64,000 nt of DNA from Octopus vulgaris (lineage: Eukaryota): positions 208,196,001 to 208,260,000 of the forward strand of contig OX597815.1 of NCBI GenBank assembly GCA_951406725.2. The letters run 5' to 3'. Shown here in pieces: positions 27,230-44,496 of the stretch (the first letter of the stretch is position 1; each line of letters opens with the position of its first letter). The notes beneath the pieces were generated by a model, which saw only the letters and a program-made list of their open reading frames with translations, had not been told where the DNA came from and searched no databases. The position numbers and the translations under genes were made by a program.

Positions 27230-27464
27230 GTGGAGGCGAAATGGCCCAGTGGTTAGGGCAGCGGACTCGCAGTCGGAGGATCACGGTTTCAATTCCCAGA
27301 CTAAGCGTTGTGTGTGTTTATTGAACGAAAACATCTAAAGCTCCATGAGGCTCTGGCAGGGGATGGTGGCGACCCCTGTTGTACTCTTTCACCACAACTT
27401 TCTCTCACTCTTTCTTTCTGTTTCTTGAGTAATACTGCGATAAACTGGTGTCCCGTCCAGCTGG
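27230..27464 (+). mobile_element. SINE family B, truncated tail type 3
   Basis: Family B head and body ending in TGCGATAAACTGGTGTCCCGTCCAGCTGG. Confidence 0.85.
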
Positions 27465-27726
27465 CCTATGTGCTCAAGAGCACAGGAGGAACTGATCCTG
27501 ATACAGATATGGTAGAGCTGAGTCTTTCATACATTGGAAGTTATACCAGCATTATGAAATACCAACAGAAAAGAAGTAGTGTAAACATAAACCAAAAAAA
27601 TAAGAGAACCACTCCACAAGCAATATCTTGGTTAATTATCAGGGACCTCTTAGTTGAAGTACAATAACTAAAAATGAGATCTCTCAAAGAAATAATGAAA
27701 TTATCCAAATATTGGTTTTAAATTTT

Positions 27727-27848
27727 GACCCCCTAAAAGGATGAAAGGCAAAGTAAATCTTGGCAGCATTTGAACTCAGAATGTAAAGATGGACAAAGTG
27801 CCACTAAGGATTTTGACCGGCATGCTAATGATTCTACCAGCTCACTGA
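27727..27848 (-). mobile_element. SINE family D, 5' part
   Basis: GACCCCCTAAAAGGATGAAAGGCAAAGT...TTTGAACTCAGAATGTAAAG...CCAGCTCAC. Confidence 0.75.
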
Positions 27849-27849
27849 T

Positions 27850-28077
27850 TTAACCCTTTCGATACTCTATTTATTTTGAGATGCTCTGTGTTTCTTTCAA
27901 TTACTTTAAATATAAATAAGAATTTAGCAAAATAACTTAGTTATCATTAAGCTAGTGTTAGGAACATAAATTGTGATTACGGTTTGGTGAAAGATTTTAA
28001 TTCAAAACTTATGAAAACAAGACTTTTGTACTCAGAGCCAGAGCCAGTTTCAGCTGGGTGGGTAATGAAAGGGTTAA
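27850..28077. mobile_element. piggyBac-type MITE family 2
   Basis: TTAA-CCCTTTCG ... GAAAGGG-TTAA; second copy at 35225-35457. Confidence 0.85.
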
Positions 28078-28389
28078 ATTATCCAAATAATAAGATCTGA
28101 AAACTGAATTAACTAATGTGTGGTGCCTTGAGAATGATTAAAATGCAGTCAAAGAATAAGCAAAATCCCTGCCACCCAGGACTTAAAAATATGTACACAA
28201 TATTTAAAATATCACCACTATTCACATTGGCAACATGATAAAATAAAATGTACAAAGCCAAAGTAAACCATAGTACACAGCCAAACCTATAGAGTTGTGC
28301 TCAGCAGTGCAGTAACAGCAAGTAATAAAATATAGACAGCAATAATAACAGCAACAACCATAGAGATTATCATCGTATTTTCTTTGAAT

Positions 28390-28600
28390 GAATGGGTTTG
28401 TAGCCCAGCAAGTTATCCATAGATCTCTCAGCCACTATCATCTCATCTGTTAAGTCAAATATTCTTAAGTCTGATCTAAACATTTCATCTCAAGTCTTTT
28501 AAAAAAAAAAAACCTTCTACTACTAACAACTCACAGCACTTACCTCTCACTTATCCTACCATCTATTTGCTTTACACATATCCATACCAACATTCTTGAG
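28390..28600 (-). mobile_element. Possible decayed RTE LINE 3' coding end
   Basis: Minus strand gives KKT*DEMFRSDLRIFDLTDEM (cf. RTE KKTWxExVxxDL); weak. Confidence 0.35.
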
Positions 28601-28810
28601 TTGCTTGTAGTGCCAACTCATTGGAATTATTTACTTGCACAGGTTTCACCGTAATTTAGTAGAACTTGCCAGACTTGTTTAAACACTTTGATACCTGTTC
28701 ACCTGAGACAACTGCTGGTTCTATGACACAAAAGTCTTGTCTTAAAGTGCATAGATAGATAGATAGATAGATAGATGATAGACAGACAGACAGACAGATA
28801 GGTAGATAGG

Positions 28811-28857
<47 letters not shown>

Positions 28858-29220
28858 GATCACACAAAAACGATCCCATCCTCTGTTTTGTATTTACCAG
28901 AATTCAAATATTTAAGGAATAGAAATGATAGAATAAGCAATGATCTATGAATATTCCTAACACTGAGATTTTCTGAAAAAAATAACATTCAAGTATAGAA
29001 ATATAGCACTTTCATCTATTAATTTATCCACAACTGTTGTACATACATTGTTACTTAATATCAGAGTCTACATGGAAATTACAGTAACATTAAGAGAGCC
29101 ATAGAAAATTCATTTAAGATTTAACAGTGATTTTTTTCCCCATTAAGAAGTGAATTTAGTGCATAACTTCTTTGACACCACTTTGAGAATTTTTTTCTGA
29201 TTGAGTAACAAGTAATTGAA

Positions 29221-29291
<71 letters not shown>

Positions 29292-31265
29292 TATATGTAA
29301 CAGAAATGTACTTCTTGATTCTCTTTCTGGTGTAGAAGTTAATATCTAGTCTTAACAAACCAATGAAAAAAGCCTGTATGCACTGGTTCAATCTAATAGA
29401 AGTAGTAGTCAGATCTCCCTCTGTGTCACACTTAAGCATCTTTGAAAATGAAAGGACACACTGGATAATCTAGACGATTAGATGGTGAGCCTTGATCACA
29501 GGCCTCCTCAATCTGATTAGATAAGTACCAGTTGGGTACTGGGGGGTTCTAATGTGATTAACTAGCACCTCTACCCCCCACACATATACACATGAAAAAA
29601 AGTCAGGCCCTGTGCCTATCCTAGAAAGAATTATTAATGAAAAGTTAGGAATAACAAAGTCCAAAAAGAAAAAAAGCTTGTTCCGTTGATCGAGTCCTAC
29701 ATTGCACAATTAAGTAGTTTTCTCTAATCATAAGATTAACTATTAACAGATCACGTAATGTAACAAATATTTCAAAGCCTTTTATGTGGATGTTAGGATT
29801 GTAGATGTCACCTGTAGACAAAAAAGAACCAACGCCTTTTAGTGTACTTTCCTGAAAATTAAAGAAGTTCTCTAAGTACTTTTCAATCAAAATCGTTTAT
29901 AACATTCCACATGCCTTAAAACATTTGATTTTACTTTCAAGTTAAATTCGATTCTCCAATAATAAAACTCAAGATAAATTCAAATATATTTACAAGTTTT
30001 CTAAACTATTTCCAGACCCATAACCAGATATTTATTAATGAATAATTAAAAATAACTCTCCTTCTCTCACAATTTCATTCTTGCATATTCTACTTCTTTC
30101 ATACTCTTTCACTTACACTCCAAGTCACAAATATGCATAGATGCATGCATATATATATACATATTTATACATGTGTGCATCTCTATAGACACTCACATAC
30201 ACATATATTTACATGTTTGCATATATATATATGCATATATATACATACATACACACGTGTGCATACAGACACACACATACACTTCTATATTATGTGTATG
30301 TACTCTTTTACTTAATTTGGTGAAATCAGCCATAGAAGTGTGAAGCTTAAAGTAGATTTCTGTGAAATTTATCAATGGAGAAGATAATTTTGTTCTGTTG
30401 AATTCATGATTAAAATTTCATTCTTGAGAAAACATAATTAAAATCTAGAGAAGAGTTTTGAAATCTAGAACAGTTGAATAAATTTCAATCTTGCAGTAAA
30501 TAAATTTAAGATCAAGATTATAATATGATAGTCTGTATGTTCATGTATTAATGCATGTATGCACTGGAGGGCGTCTGGTTACAGATGAGTTAGTGTCTAT
30601 AAAAAGCAGGTTTCTTTGTATTTTTTGTTTATCTGAAGCTTGAATCATAATATGGGTGGAAAACAGGAGCAGCTTGCATATTACATATTAAATTTCTCTT
30701 GATTTCGCTATCAACCTATTTCTCTCTTTCTGCCTGTCTCTTTCTCTCTCTTGATATCATCATCATCTTCATCATCATTTAGTGTCCCCTTTTCCATGCT
30801 TGCATGGGTCAGACAAAATTTGTTGAGGTAGATTTTTTTTACAGCCTCATGCTCTGCCTGTCACCAACCTTTACCTGTTTCCAAGTAAGGTAATATTTTC
30901 CCTTTCTTAGACAAATTTTTGCCATAGAGGGCTGGAAGCAAACAAGTTTGCTTGTGTAGACAATGGTACTTGTTTATAACCATCATATAATGTCTAGACA
31001 AGGACACACACACATACACACAGAGTCCATAGATAAGATCCAGAGATTCTCACTATAGAAGACACATAGCAGTGCTCAAAAAGATTCAAACTTGGACTCC
31101 AAAATCTTTACAGGAAATCGATGCCACAGGGTAAAGAGTGGGTATAAGAGGGATCAAGTTGTGTTTAGTGCCCTAACTATTATATTATATTTCATATATC
31201 TAATTCTCTCTGTATGTATTTATGTATGTATGTATGTATGTATATATGCATGCATGTATGTCTGC

Positions 31266-31308
<43 letters not shown>

Positions 31309-31427
31309 TTGCAAACAACATACACACATACTTCAAACTACCAGTTAAATACCTTTCTACTGACCATTCTCCTACGCACGTGTGTAGGTAGACACACAAC
31401 ACACAGCCACTCTATGTATAAGTGATT

Positions 31428-31698
31428 AAAGGTAAAGTTTTCTTCTGAAGTCATACTTGAGTCATACCAACTCATAAGGGCCAGTTTCCCAGTTTCCATG
31501 GCATATATATTCCTCACCTGGGCAGGACCCCGCCAATTCATTGCAGGATTACTCATTTTTGCCAGCTGAGTGGACTAAAGCAACGTGAAATGAAGTGTTT
31601 TGCTCAAGAACGCAATGCATTGCTCAGTCCAGGAATTGAAACCACAATCTTGCGATCATGAATCCAACACCTTTAACCACTAAGTCACACGCTTCCAC
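31428..31698 (-). mobile_element. tRNA-headed SINE, alternative body B', tail type 3
   Basis: GTGGAAGCGTGTGACTTAGTGGTTAAAGG head, CTTGAGCAAAACACTTCATTTCAC...TCCACTCAGCTGGCAAAAATGAGTA body, GAAACTGGGAAACTGGCCC tail. Confidence 0.75.
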
Positions 31699-32636
31699 TA
31701 TATAAGTGACAAGTGCTTTATTTGTATGTAGAGATATGTCTTAGTTTCTTCAATAGCTAAGATTTATGGAAACATGAAAATGTGTTGCAAGTTGGAAGAG
31801 ACAGAACTTATGAGTGCACCAAAAGCTAAATTGTATTAAAGTGAACAATCCCTTAGAGCTGGTTTCTTGGCAGAATTCATTGAAAATTTAGCATGTTGTA
31901 ACTATTGAAGTTGGCAGCCTACCTTATCTGAGGAATATTCTTAGGCGTATAAACTGATATTAAAAAAAATGGTAGACTCAACACAGAATACCGTATATCA
32001 CAGTTGTGAGCCAAAGAAAAATCCATTATGTGGTCAAGAAAGCTTTTAGAAATAGCGGCTAACTCCGCCTCAGACTACATTCAAATGTATTAAAAAGAAT
32101 GACAAATTGGATAATGGAGTCTAGCATACAATATTTCTGGCATTAAAATGGTAAAAAAACAAGGCTTGAAAAATGCCTTTAATTATCAGTCCCCTCAATC
32201 ATGGCCAACTTGGCGCTAAGCAACAATCACTGAAGCATGATGGTATAGTATTTTTGTAAGAAGAATGATAACATAACAGAAACAAAATATTTAAATGTAA
32301 ATAGAAGCAAATTTCAGATGAAATTAACCCATTTTAAATGCATAAACACATTTAAGATGATATTCTGGAATAACCTGATAACTAATAAATTATTCATTTA
32401 TTTTACAAACCGATGAATTAAACTGAGTTAAACAGTTCCTGCTTCAGAATTTGTAATCACACCAACATCCATGAATGAGTGATTCTTTCCAAGAACTTTT
32501 GTCAGAGTGGAAAAAGAGGTGATGGGGCATTCATGTTTTTCCCAGAAGCAACAATAAACTATGTAATATGAAGTGAAATAATCACAGGTTGGAAATCATC
32601 AGCCTACAGCAGAACATATGGAACTTCACAGCATAT

Positions 32637-32790
32637 TGGCATGGCTGTGTAGTTCGAAGTTTGCTATGCGGCCATATGGTTTCGGGTTCAGTCCTACTGC
32701 ATGGCATCTTGGTCAAGCATCTTCCACTGTAGCTTCAGGCTGACCAAAGCCTTGCGAGTTGATGCGGCAAACAGAAAGAGAAAGAAACCC
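32637..32790 (+). mobile_element. SINE family A, 5' fragment
   Basis: GGCATGGCTGTGTAGTT...GGTTCAGTCCTACTGCATGGCATCTTGG. Confidence 0.7.
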
Positions 32791-32804
32791 ATTATATATA
32801 TATA

Positions 32805-32946
32805 TCATCATCATCATCATCATCATCATTTAGCGTCCGTTTTCCATGCTAGCATGGGTTGGACGGTTCAACTGGGGTCTGTGAAGCTGGAAGGCTTCAT
32901 CGGGCCCAGTCAGATCTGGCAGTGTTTCTACGGCTGGATGCCCTTC
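32805..32946 (-). mobile_element. SINE family C, 3' part
   Basis: (CAT)n TTAGCGTCCGTTTTCCATGCTAGCATGGGTTGGACG...GGCTGGATGCCCTTCCTA. Confidence 0.85.
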
Positions 32947-32987
32947 CTATATATATATATATATATACGTTTATATATATTGAATTA

Positions 32988-33120
32988 CATAATAGCAGTT
33001 TTGCTCTAATTTATATATATATTTATATTGTGAAATTTGATTTAATACTAAATTGAATTTTTCCCTGTAAGTTTGAAGTTATACTCCCTAATATTCTATA
33101 TATATATATATGTAAGTAAT
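32988..33120. repeat. ~130-bp segment with an inverted copy at 34409-34533
   Basis: TGTGAAATTTGATTTAATACTAAATTGAATTTTTCCCTGTAAGTTTG is reverse-complementary to ~34445-34495. Confidence 0.9.
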
Positions 33121-33267
33121 CTTCTACTTAAAACTAGTAAGGGGTGGTAACAGCAGGGTTATCCTGCCATAAAATGGTGCTTTAAAGTAGGTCTCCATCC
33201 AAACCATGCCACCAACGAAAAAAGACATAAAAATAAACAAATAAATATCATATATATATAATATAAG

Positions 33268-33447
33268 CGTGGCCGTTGCCAGTGCCACATGACTGGCCCT
33301 TGTGCCAGCAGTACATAAAAGCACCTACTACACTCTCGGAGTGGATCAGATTGGAGTTTGGTGCAGCCATCTGGTTCGTCAGACCTCAGTCAAATCGTCC
33401 AACCCATGCTAGCATGGAAAGCAGACATTAAACGATGATGATGATGA
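33268..33447 (+). mobile_element. SINE family C, internally deleted
   Basis: GTGGCCGTTGCCAGTGCC...CAACCCATGCTAGCATGGAAAGCAGACATTAAACGATGATG. Confidence 0.8.
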
Positions 33448-33454
33448 TAAATAA

Positions 33455-33511
<57 letters not shown>

Positions 33512-33569
33512 CATTTTCTTCATATGTATGAACAGTTATAATTATATATGATATATATTTTTTTTTTTT

Positions 33570-33976
33570 CTTTTACTTGTTTCAGTCACTTGACTGCGGC
33601 CATGCTGGAGCACCGCCTTTAGTCGAGCAAATCGACTCCAGGACTTATTCTTTGTAAGCCCAGTACTTATTCTATCGGTCTCTTTTGCCGAACCGCTAAG
33701 TGACGGGGACGTGTAAACACCAGCATCGGTTGTCAAGCAATGCTAGGGGACAAACACAGACACACAAACACACACACATACATATATACATATATATATA
33801 TATACATATATACGACAGGCTTCTTTCAGTTTCCGTCTACCAAATCCACTCACAAGGCATTGGTCGGCCCGGGGCTATAGCAGAAGACACTTGCCCAAGA
33901 TGCCACGCAGTGGGACTGAACCCGGAACCATGTGGTTGGTTAGCAAGCTACTTACCACACAGCCACTCCTGCGCCT
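33570..33976 (-). mobile_element. Full-length SINE family A
   Basis: Near-identical to 14069-14477. Confidence 0.92.
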
Positions 33977-34029
33977 TATATATAATATACCTTCATAAAT
34001 GTACATAGAAATATAATAGATATACAATA

Positions 34030-34830
34030 TGCTCCAGGATAGATTGATTGATAATATATGATATGAGGGGTTTATGAATTCCTGTGGTAGCTACACTTAG
34101 ATTTAAAGTGTGGTATTGAGAAGCTATGGATGGAGAGAATGCTGGCTTGGATCTTGGAAATGGCATAACGATTGAAAAATTGAATGAATGAAGAATATGA
34201 AATGGATGCAGCAAATGGAGTGAAATGAGCATAGAGGAAGTGCTGATAGCTGACTGTTTTATTAAAGAGAAGAAAAGTGTTGCTGAAGCTAAGAGGAAAT
34301 GCCATAATGTATGGGAGTAAAACACAAGTAATAAATATAGAATAGCTCAAAAGATTGAAGAGAATGAAAAAGGAGAATGATTTGGCTGGTGAGTGGGGTA
34401 TTACGGAAATTACTTATATATATATAGAATATTAGGGAGTATAACTCCAAACTTACAGGGAAAAATTCAATTTAGTATTAAATCAAATTTCACAATATAG
34501 ATATATATAAATTAGAGAAAAACTGCTACTATGCTTTGTGGAGAAGGATGGGTATAGAGCCAGTGATGAATGTTGTAAAAAGAAATGGGATGAAATGGCT
34601 GAGCCATGTGCTGAGAAAGGTTGGAAGTATCTGGGTGAGAAGAGTGCTGGAGGTGAATTTGAAATGGAAGAGCAACACAGTAAAAAATATGTTTAAAAAA
34701 TGATGAGGAATGAAATGAAGGAAATGAGTGAGGATAGAAGGAATACAAAATAAAGCAAAAAAACGGAGAAGATCATCATGAAGTATGCAAGGTAAACCCT
34801 GGCTTTTTCAGAGGTGAATGACCTTAAAAC
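34030..34830 (+). pseudogene. Decayed RTE LINE ORF C-terminus, interrupted at ~34401-34533
   Basis: AIMYGSKT (cf. AMLYGSETW) and RMIWLVSGV (cf. RMLRWMCGV), then after the insert LWRRMGIEPVMNVVKRNGMKWLSHVLRK..WVRRVLE (cf. RLRWFGHVLR). Confidence 0.75.
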
Positions 34831-35224
34831 ACTTGTGTATGTGCATGTATGAGTATACATAAATTCATACACATCATCATCATCGTCATCATCATCATAT
34901 ATCATCATCGTCATCATCATCATCGTCATCATCATCGTATATCATCATCATCATCGTCATCATCACATATAAGTATATAGTTAATAAAAAGACATATATC
35001 AGAAAGAAACACACTCTAAAGAATAGAGCGGTAAATAATTTCAACAAAAATTTCATATTTTGGAGATAGAGTTACCCAAGGTTACCCAAGGTTTCACATC
35101 CACAAAGCCAAAGCCTTGTGAACAGCTTGTCAGACTCCATAAAAATACAAAATTTAGAATATCTCCATTGCAGATGTGAGGAAATGCTCAGAACTCAAGG
35201 AATACATCTTAGCTAAAAAAAACA

Positions 35225-35457
35225 TCAACCCTTTTGTTACTGTATTTATTTTGAGATGCTTTGTGTTTCTTTCAATTACTTTAAATATAACAAAGAATTT
35301 AGTAAAATAACTTAGTTATCATTCAATTAGTGTTAGGAACATAAATTGTGACTAAGGTTTGGTGGAAGATTTTAATTCAGAACTTATAAAAACAAGACAT
35401 TTGTACTCAGAGCCAGAGCCGGTCCGGTTTCAGCCAGGTTGGTAATGAAAGGGTTAA
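35225..35457. mobile_element. piggyBac-type MITE family 2
   Basis: TCAA-CCCTTT ... GAAAGGG-TTAA; highly similar to 27850-28077. Confidence 0.85.
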
Positions 35458-35699
35458 TGAAGATGGGTTATAACGCCTGAATCTGAGGGGGGAAAAACAC
35501 CCTTATAGACCCTAACTAACAAACAGGGAGATCCTATTTTCCAGTAAGTGGTGCTTGAAGTGTATATATTTAGAAAACTTCTTTATGGCTGTTTAATGCG
35601 CCAGGTTTCTTTTAGTCATTAAGAACTTTGGCTCTCCCCATGATGCAGATCTTGCAACAGCCACTTCCATTAATATATGGGCCTGGATGATCAATTTTA

Positions 35700-35837
35700 G
35701 TCAAAGGAATTGCCCCTAGTACTTATTCTGTTTGGTCTCTTTTGCCGAACTGCTAAGTTACAGGGACTTGAACACACCAACACTGGTTGTCAAGAGATGG
35801 AGGGGGGAGAAACACAAACACACACACACAAATGTAT

Positions 35838-35900
<63 letters not shown>

Positions 35901-36080
35901 CACATATATATATACATGACTGGCTTCTTTCAGTTTCCATCTACCAAATCCACTCACAAGGCTTTGGTCGGCCTGAGGCTATAATAGAAGACATTTACCA
36001 AAGGTGCCATGCAGTGGGACTGAACCCAGAACCATGTGGTTGAGAAGCAAGCTTCTTACCACACATGCCACTCCTGCACC
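35700..36080 (-). mobile_element. SINE family A, tail truncated
   Basis: Head ends CCACTCCTGCACC; body is colinear with other copies. Confidence 0.85.
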
Positions 36081-36100
36081 CATATATATATGTGTATATA

Positions 36101-36145
<45 letters not shown>

Positions 36146-36148
36146 CTT

Positions 36149-39419
<3,271 letters not shown>

Positions 39420-39437
39420 GCCTATTTCTCTCTCTTG

Positions 39438-40075
<638 letters not shown>

Positions 40076-40344
40076 TCATTCATCATCATTGTTCGACCGT
40101 GGTCGAGACTTTCATAGTCTTTTCAAATGGCTAATAATGTGTGAGGCACACATGCACACGCACACACACACACACATGCATATACCCACTTACACACAAA
40201 CAAACACACAGACACACACACACATATAATGTTTGTTTTTATGTTCAGTTATGATAAAAACAATTTTACATTAATCTGAAGGGTTGCTCCATACTTTTCT
40301 CTCTTTTGTACAAATTTATTACTTTTTAACAAGAACAGTATCAT

Positions 40345-40589
40345 GCTGGTGGCATGTAAAAAGCACCACCCGATCGTGGCCGTTGCCAGCCCTGTCTGGC
40401 CCCTGTGCCGGTGGCACGTAAAAAGCACCCACTACACTCACGGAGTGGTTGTCGTTAGGAAGGGCATCCAGCTGTAGAAACACTGCCAGATCAGACTGGA
40501 GCCCGGAGCAGACTCCTGGCTTCCCAGACCCTGGTTGAACCTTCCAACCCATGCTAGCATGGAAAACAGACGTTAAACGATGATGATGA
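40345..40589 (+). mobile_element. SINE family C
   Basis: TGCTGGTGGCATGTAAAAAGCACC repeats, GGAAGGGCATCCAGCTGTAGAAAC, GACGTTAAACGATGATGATG. Confidence 0.85.
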
Positions 40590-40699
40590 ATAGTATTGAC
40601 AGTGACATCGAAGTTTGGCCAGCTAAGCTGTAATCATATATACCCATACATATCTATAAACACACATGCATACATACACATATACGTGTATGTGTATAT

Positions 40700-41000
40700 C
40701 ATGGATTCCACTTGTCATTAGACGACATATGAGGGTTTGGTAATTTCTTGCCAAACAACCACACAGATGATTTGTTTATAGCGATCAAATATTTGTGTAC
40801 ACATAAGCTCATTCCCTCCATCAAACCAACATTACCTGTACAGGTGAACCATGTGCGACATGACAGATGAAGAAATAATTGCAGAGTAATGTGAAATGAA
40901 ATGCTTGGCTCAAGAACACAATGCAACGCCTGATCTGGGAATCGAACCCACGATCTTGCAATCATTAGTGCAACACCCTAACCTCTAAGTATGCGCCTTC
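40700..41000 (-). mobile_element. tRNA-headed SINE, body B', tail type 4
   Basis: GGTTAGGGTGTTGCACTAATGATTGCAAGATCGTGGGTTCGATTCCCAG head plus TTCTTGAGCCAAGCATTTCATTTCAC; related copy at ~57700-57915. Confidence 0.65.
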
Positions 41001-41071
41001 ACACACACACATGCACACACACACACACACACATGGACACATTCTGACACATACATATGTCATACATATGC

Positions 41072-41400
41072 ATAGGAGTGGCTGTGTGGTAAGTAGGTTG
41101 CTTACCAGCCACATGGCTCCAGGTTCAGTCCCACTGCGTGGCACCTTGGACAAGTGTCTTCTACTATAGCCTTGGGCCAACCAAAGCGTTGTGAGTGGAT
41201 TTGGTAGATGGAAACTGAAAGAAGCCCTTCGTATATATGTGTATATATATGTGTGTATGTGTGTGTGTGTATATGTTTGTGTGTCTGTGTTTGTCCCCCC
41301 AACATCGCTTGTGTCTGTGTTTGTCCCGACAACATCTGGGGTCGATTTGCTCCAGCATGTCCACAGTCAAATGATTGAAACAAGTAAAAGAGTAAAAGAG
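41072..41400 (+). mobile_element. SINE family A with internal deletion
   Basis: Head and tail intact; middle deleted, with a short duplication of TGTGTCTGTGTTTGTCCC. Confidence 0.85.
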
Positions 41401-41971
41401 ATATGTATGCACACACAGACACACACACATGTACATATACATATCTATACATACATTCTATATACATTGCTATCATATATCTGAATACGTATAAATTATT
41501 GTTTCTTAATAACACACTAATTATCTATTATATGTAAAAAAAAGAGAAATTTATGCACAGATGTTAAAGTCTCCACACTCTAACGGTGACATAAAAAAAA
41601 TAAATTTTAAGAAATTTAAGAGAAATATAAAAAAAATTTAAAAAAACAAAGCAAATGAAAACAGCCAGAAAATAAATAGAAAGATTATGAAGTTCATGCA
41701 GAATGTGAAGAAGCTAAATTTTCTGTAAAAAAAAAAATTAAAAAAATTGTAATATACAAAAGATAAATAGACATAAAACAAAACCACTTTGGAAAGACAT
41801 TTTTTCCTTGTTTTTTCCTCAGCAGTTTTATCCAATATCCATTTCACTTCACAATGCAGGCAATCCCAGCTTGTGTCATTCCAGATAAAATACACTTGAT
41901 TTTATATATTATATATATATATATATATATATTCAGGATTATATATTCAGGAATATATATATTCCTGAATA

Positions 41972-42015
<44 letters not shown>

Positions 42016-42559
42016 GGATTTTAAAAAATGAATAAAAATAAAATACGTCAAAATATTTTAAAGTTTAAGAAATAGAATTTTTTTTTTCCTGTATTAATGG
42101 ATCTGGAGTTTGTAGTCTTAAAACTGTTAAATAAAACTGCTAAAGTACCTTGATAAGACAACAGGTATAGATTTGTGTGCATATGTGTGTGTGTTTACAC
42201 ACACACACACACACACATGTACACAATCAATCAATTGATCAATGGATGGATGGATGGATGGATGGATGGATAGATGAATGGATGCATAGATAGATAGATA
42301 GATAGATAGACTGATTGATGGAGGTTAGCATTTACTTTCCTGAGCTTCTTTGGGTCTTAAGAAATTTATTGAAAGCAGATTTTCTGCAGTTGAATGCCCT
42401 TCCTGTTGCCAATTCTCACACCATTTCCAAGCAAGGTAATATTATGTATACTGTCTTCCAAATTGTGTTTTAGCATAGACACCACTTCACACACACACAC
42501 ACAAACTTCTGGTGAGTTTCTGTGCTTGAGAAACGTGTCAAGCTTAGTGAATTGGGGGT

Positions 42560-42861
42560 GTTTGACAGTGCCAGGGACATGTTAAAGGTACCCATGCTGG
42601 TGACATGTAAAAGGTACCTGTGCCAGTGACCCCTGAAAGGCACCCAGCTGGTAACATGCAAAAAAAAAAACAAAAAAAAAACACCAGTACACTCTGTAGA
42701 GTGCTTGACATTAAGGAAGGGCATCCAGCCATAGAAACAAATATGAAACAGACAAATAGAGCCTGTAGCAATTTTCCAGCCTACCAGCTCCAGTCAAACC
42801 CTCTAACTCATGCCAGCATGAAAAGGACATTAAATGGTGATGATGATAATGATGATGATGA
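42560..42861 (+). mobile_element. SINE family C, old copy
   Basis: AGGAAGGGCATCCAGCCATAGAAAC...CATGCCAGCATGAAAAGGACATTAAATGGTGATG. Confidence 0.75.
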
Positions 42862-42887
42862 TATTGGTATATTTGGTATCATCTGGG

Positions 42888-43205
42888 TTGGAGGCTTAGT
42901 GACTCAGAAATTTCGCTCATGACTGTAAGGTCATGATTTTGAATCCCAGTAGTGCATTGATTCCTTGAACAAGACCCTTTATTTCTCATTGCTCCCATCC
43001 TGTCAACTGTCAAAAATGAGTAGTACCTGTATTTCAAAGGGCCAGCCTTGTCACATTCTGTGTCGTGCCGAATCTCCCTGAGAACTACATTAAGGGTTAC
43101 GCATGTTTGTGGAGTGCTCGACCACTTGTGCATCAATTTCATGAGCAGGCTGTTCCATTGATCAAGATAACTGGAACCCTTGTTTTCATAAGCAACAGAG
43201 TGCCA
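42888..43205 (+). mobile_element. tRNA-headed SINE, body B', tail type 2
   Basis: Body CCTTGAACAAGACCC...AAAAATGAGTA, then GTACCTGTATTTCAAAGGGCCAGCC...AACTGGAACCC as in 13045-13229. Confidence 0.75.
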
Positions 43206-43705
43206 GTTATCTAGGTTGTAAACTCATAACATGCATATCCATATCAAAGCTCCTCTGCAGTTATCGGCAACCATATGTCATCATACAGCAGGGTTATTCC
43301 TTATGTATGTGGAACTCCGTCAGTGTATAGAATTTACATGAAAATTTATACAAAATGAATAAACAGGCTTTAATTACAAAATACAAACCATTGTTTCTGC
43401 ACAATGGTAACAGCTGTTGGTTGTTGAATTTTTGGCCTCATTCTGTAGCATAAATAACTTCATAATAATTATATAAATGAATATGGTTCAACAGCAGGTG
43501 TGTACTGGCACTTGATCAGGTGAGTGGCTTTAAAAGCACTGGATCATATTCATTTATGTAATTATTCGTTAAGTAATTTACATATAAAAGCATAAAGGGG
43601 CCTGAAAGATTATTTGGAGACACACGGCATATTTTATAAATATGCCTGTCTAAAGTATCATAAAAACATGAAACTACCAGCAGCCTTTCAGTTGTGCATT
43701 AAATT

Positions 43706-43777
43706 TGTGGCTGTGTGGTAAGTAGCTCGTTTACCAACCACATGGTTCCGGGTTCAGTCCCACTGCGTGGCACCTTG
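43706..43777 (+). mobile_element. SINE family A head only
   Basis: GTGGCTGTGTGGTAAGTAGC...CCCACTGCGTGGCACCTTGG abuts the Tc1 remnant. Confidence 0.85.
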
Positions 43778-44496
43778 GACTTTCAAAGGGGTCATATTGT
43801 TGGTGCTCATATGGCAGGTGCTAGCATAATGAAAGCAGTTGAAATGTTTGGTGTATCAAGAAGTACTGTCTCAAAAGTAATGACAGCCTTTGAGAAAGAG
43901 GGAAAAACCTACTCGTCAAAATAAAACTCCTGAAGAAAACCAAAATTTCAGATAGGGACCGTCAGACTCTTATGCAAATTGTTAGAAAGGATCACAAAAG
44001 TACAGCTCCCAAAATTACTGCAGAGCTTAATGACCACCTCAAGAACCCAGATTCCACAAAAACTGTTCACTAGGAGCTGCACAAAGCCAGATTTCACAGG
44101 AGGGCTGCAATCAGAAAACCACTACTTTCAAAAACAAACATTGCAAAACATTTAGAGTGGAGTAAAAAACCTACAGAATTGGTCTCTAGAACAGTGGAAG
44201 AATGTTATTTGCTTGGATGAGTCATCCTTTACCTTATTTCCAACCACTGACTGAGTATATGTGTGGAGACAGCCAAAAGAAGCATTTGACCCGGACTGCC
44301 TTCTTCCAACTGTTAAACATGGAGAAGGATCTGTGATGATCTGGAGGGCTATATCTTGGAAATCCACCAGCCCAATGGTTTCCCTCCATGGCAGAATTAA
44401 TAGTCAAGACTAAGCATTTTATCTGATCAAATTCATCATATTAAAATAAATTTGTTTGGAATTTTAAGGTGTTTCCATTATTTTGTCCAACCCCTG
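43778..44496 (+). mobile_element. Tc1-family transposon remnant (transposase pseudogene plus right TIR)
   Basis: DFQRGHIVGA..FGVSRSTVSKV (HTH), AAIRKPLLS, WKNVICLDESSF (first catalytic D), PTVKHGEGSVMIW, with stops and frameshifts. Ends GGTGTTTCCATTATTTTGTCCAACCCCTG-TA. Confidence 0.92.

Noticed and set aside
32988-34533. Single TIR transposon bounded by the 130-bp inverted repeats
   Set aside because: The RTE fossil continues across the right repeat, and I saw no TSD.
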